Shown here in pieces: positions 63,097 through 64,000 of a DNA stretch of 64,000 nucleotides. The DNA is from Desulfomicrobium sp. (GTDB lineage: Bacteria; Desulfobacterota; Desulfovibrionia; Desulfovibrionales; Desulfomicrobiaceae). A model generated the notes under the pieces. The model saw only the letters and a list, made by a program, of their open reading frames with translations. It searched no databases and was not told where the DNA came from. A program made the position numbers and the translations under genes. Position 1 is the stretch's first letter, and each line of letters begins with the position of its first letter. The DNA lies in the NCBI GenBank assembly GCA_040768745.1, contig JAXGMI010000002.1:860125-924124 (forward strand). Direction: 5' to 3'.

Positions 63097-63926
63097 GACC
63101 ACCTCTTCAAACTGGTGCCAAGAAGTACAAACATGACCACGGCCGCGCCGAACACAAACAGTCCTGCAAATTCATGAAAAAAGCCCTCGGCGGCCGCCGA
63201 GCCGAAATACTGGGCCAGGATGCCCGTGGCTATGACGCGCAGACAGTTGGTGAAAATGGCGATGGGCAGGGTCGCGAGAATGAGAATGACCCGATCCCTT
63301 ATCTTGGCGTGCAGCACAAAGGCGTAGGCCGCGCCCAGGGCCAGCAGGGACATGATGGAGCGCAGGCCGCTGCAGGCGTCGGCGACCTCAAGGGTGATGT
63401 TCGGGAACATGAGAATATTGCCCTCTTGGAGCACCACGATGCCCAAGGCCTTCATGCTCAGAACCGAAACTTTGGTGACGAACAGCTTAAGGGGGAAGGC
63501 CGCTGCGTCGTAGATGATATACGGAATGGGCACCATGAGCAGCAGGTAGCACAGAGGGGCCAGCAGGATCTTGAATATTTCCCATCCCAGCAGATAGAGC
63601 ACCGATCCGGCCACGATGATGACCAGGGAGGAGCGCATGGTAAAATATTCCGTGCCCAGCCACCCGAGAAAAAGCACGCCAAGGCCCATGACGATAATGG
63701 CAAGTCCGGAATTGCTGGGCCGGACCACGGCTGCCACAAGATCATCCTTCCGCATGTAGGCCAGATACCCGGCGATGAACGGCACAAGGAAGCCGTGAGA
63801 ATAGTTGTCGTCCTTTTGCCAGTCGAGAATCATCTCGAAGACGATGGAATGGTACACGGCCCCAAGGAGCAGAAGCAGGGCGAGTAACTCGAACCTGTGT
63901 TTCAGCAGGGTTTGAACAAGGGTCAT
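63093..63926 (-). CDS. xrtA: Exosortase (EpsH/XrtA type)
   Basis: DDNYSHGFLVP, VADACSGLRS (Cys), NCLRV (Arg), FFHEFAG (His). Confidence 0.92.
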   Translation of the reverse strand: MTLVQTLLKHRFELLALLLLLGAVYHSIVFEMILDWQKDDNYSHGFLVPFIAGYLAYMRKDDLVAAVVRPSNSGLAIIVMGLGVLFLGWLGTEYFTMRSSLVIIVAGSVLYLLGWEIFKILLAPLCYLLLMVPIPYIIYDAAAFPLKLFVTKVSVLSMKALGIVVLQEGNILMFPNITLEVADACSGLRSIMSLLALGAAYAFVLHAKIRDRVILILATLPIAIFTNCLRVIATGILAQYFGSAAAEGFFHEFAGLFVFGAAVVMFVLLGTSLKRWS

Positions 63927-64000
63927 AATTTCTCCTTCACAGCCTGGCCATTTGTATTTCTTTCAGTCAGTTCACCGACGAATTTTCCATCATGCAAATA
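63923..64000 (-). CDS. Possible 3' end of an upstream gene (partial)
   Basis: Open frame ...YLHDGKFVGELTERNTNGQAVKEKL* whose stop overlaps the exosortase ATG (ATGA). Confidence 0.35.
   Translation of the reverse strand, partial: YLHDGKFVGELTERNTNGQAVKEKL

Overview
GC-rich chromosome segment from a sulfate-reducing deltaproteobacterium (gene content and order suggest Desulfovibrionales, possibly Desulfomicrobium-like; inferred, not database-checked). Positions ~1-50.8 kb are mostly core genes: tRNA-Asp/Val, type III glutamine synthetase with a sigma-54 promoter, gnd, hypF, sppA, ruvX-mltG, valS-cobA/hemD-purN, trkAH, rpsU-yqeY-mutS2-dnaG-rpoD, HU, rsmA, ftn/tpx, tig-clpP-clpX-lon and tRNA-Leu. 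Positions ~51-64 kb hold a PEP-CTERM/exosortase locus (CpsB phosphatase, PEP-CTERM protein, prsR, prsK, epsI, exosortase). Between prsK and epsI lies a ~4.7 kb lower-GC array of four different toxin-antitoxin pairs (HicAB, PemK/DUF2281, MNT/HEPN, VapBC) plus a 5'-truncated methyltransferase. Every module boundary carries a same-orientation (Y)TGACCCC-A-n-GCTC or GACCTCGGTCCTTTTGATGG motif, preceded by one of two alternating longer conserved segments. No integrase, attC sites or intact transposase are visible. Three of the four toxins are broken while all four antitoxins are intact. This integron-like but non-integron cassette array is the best candidate here for an undescribed system.
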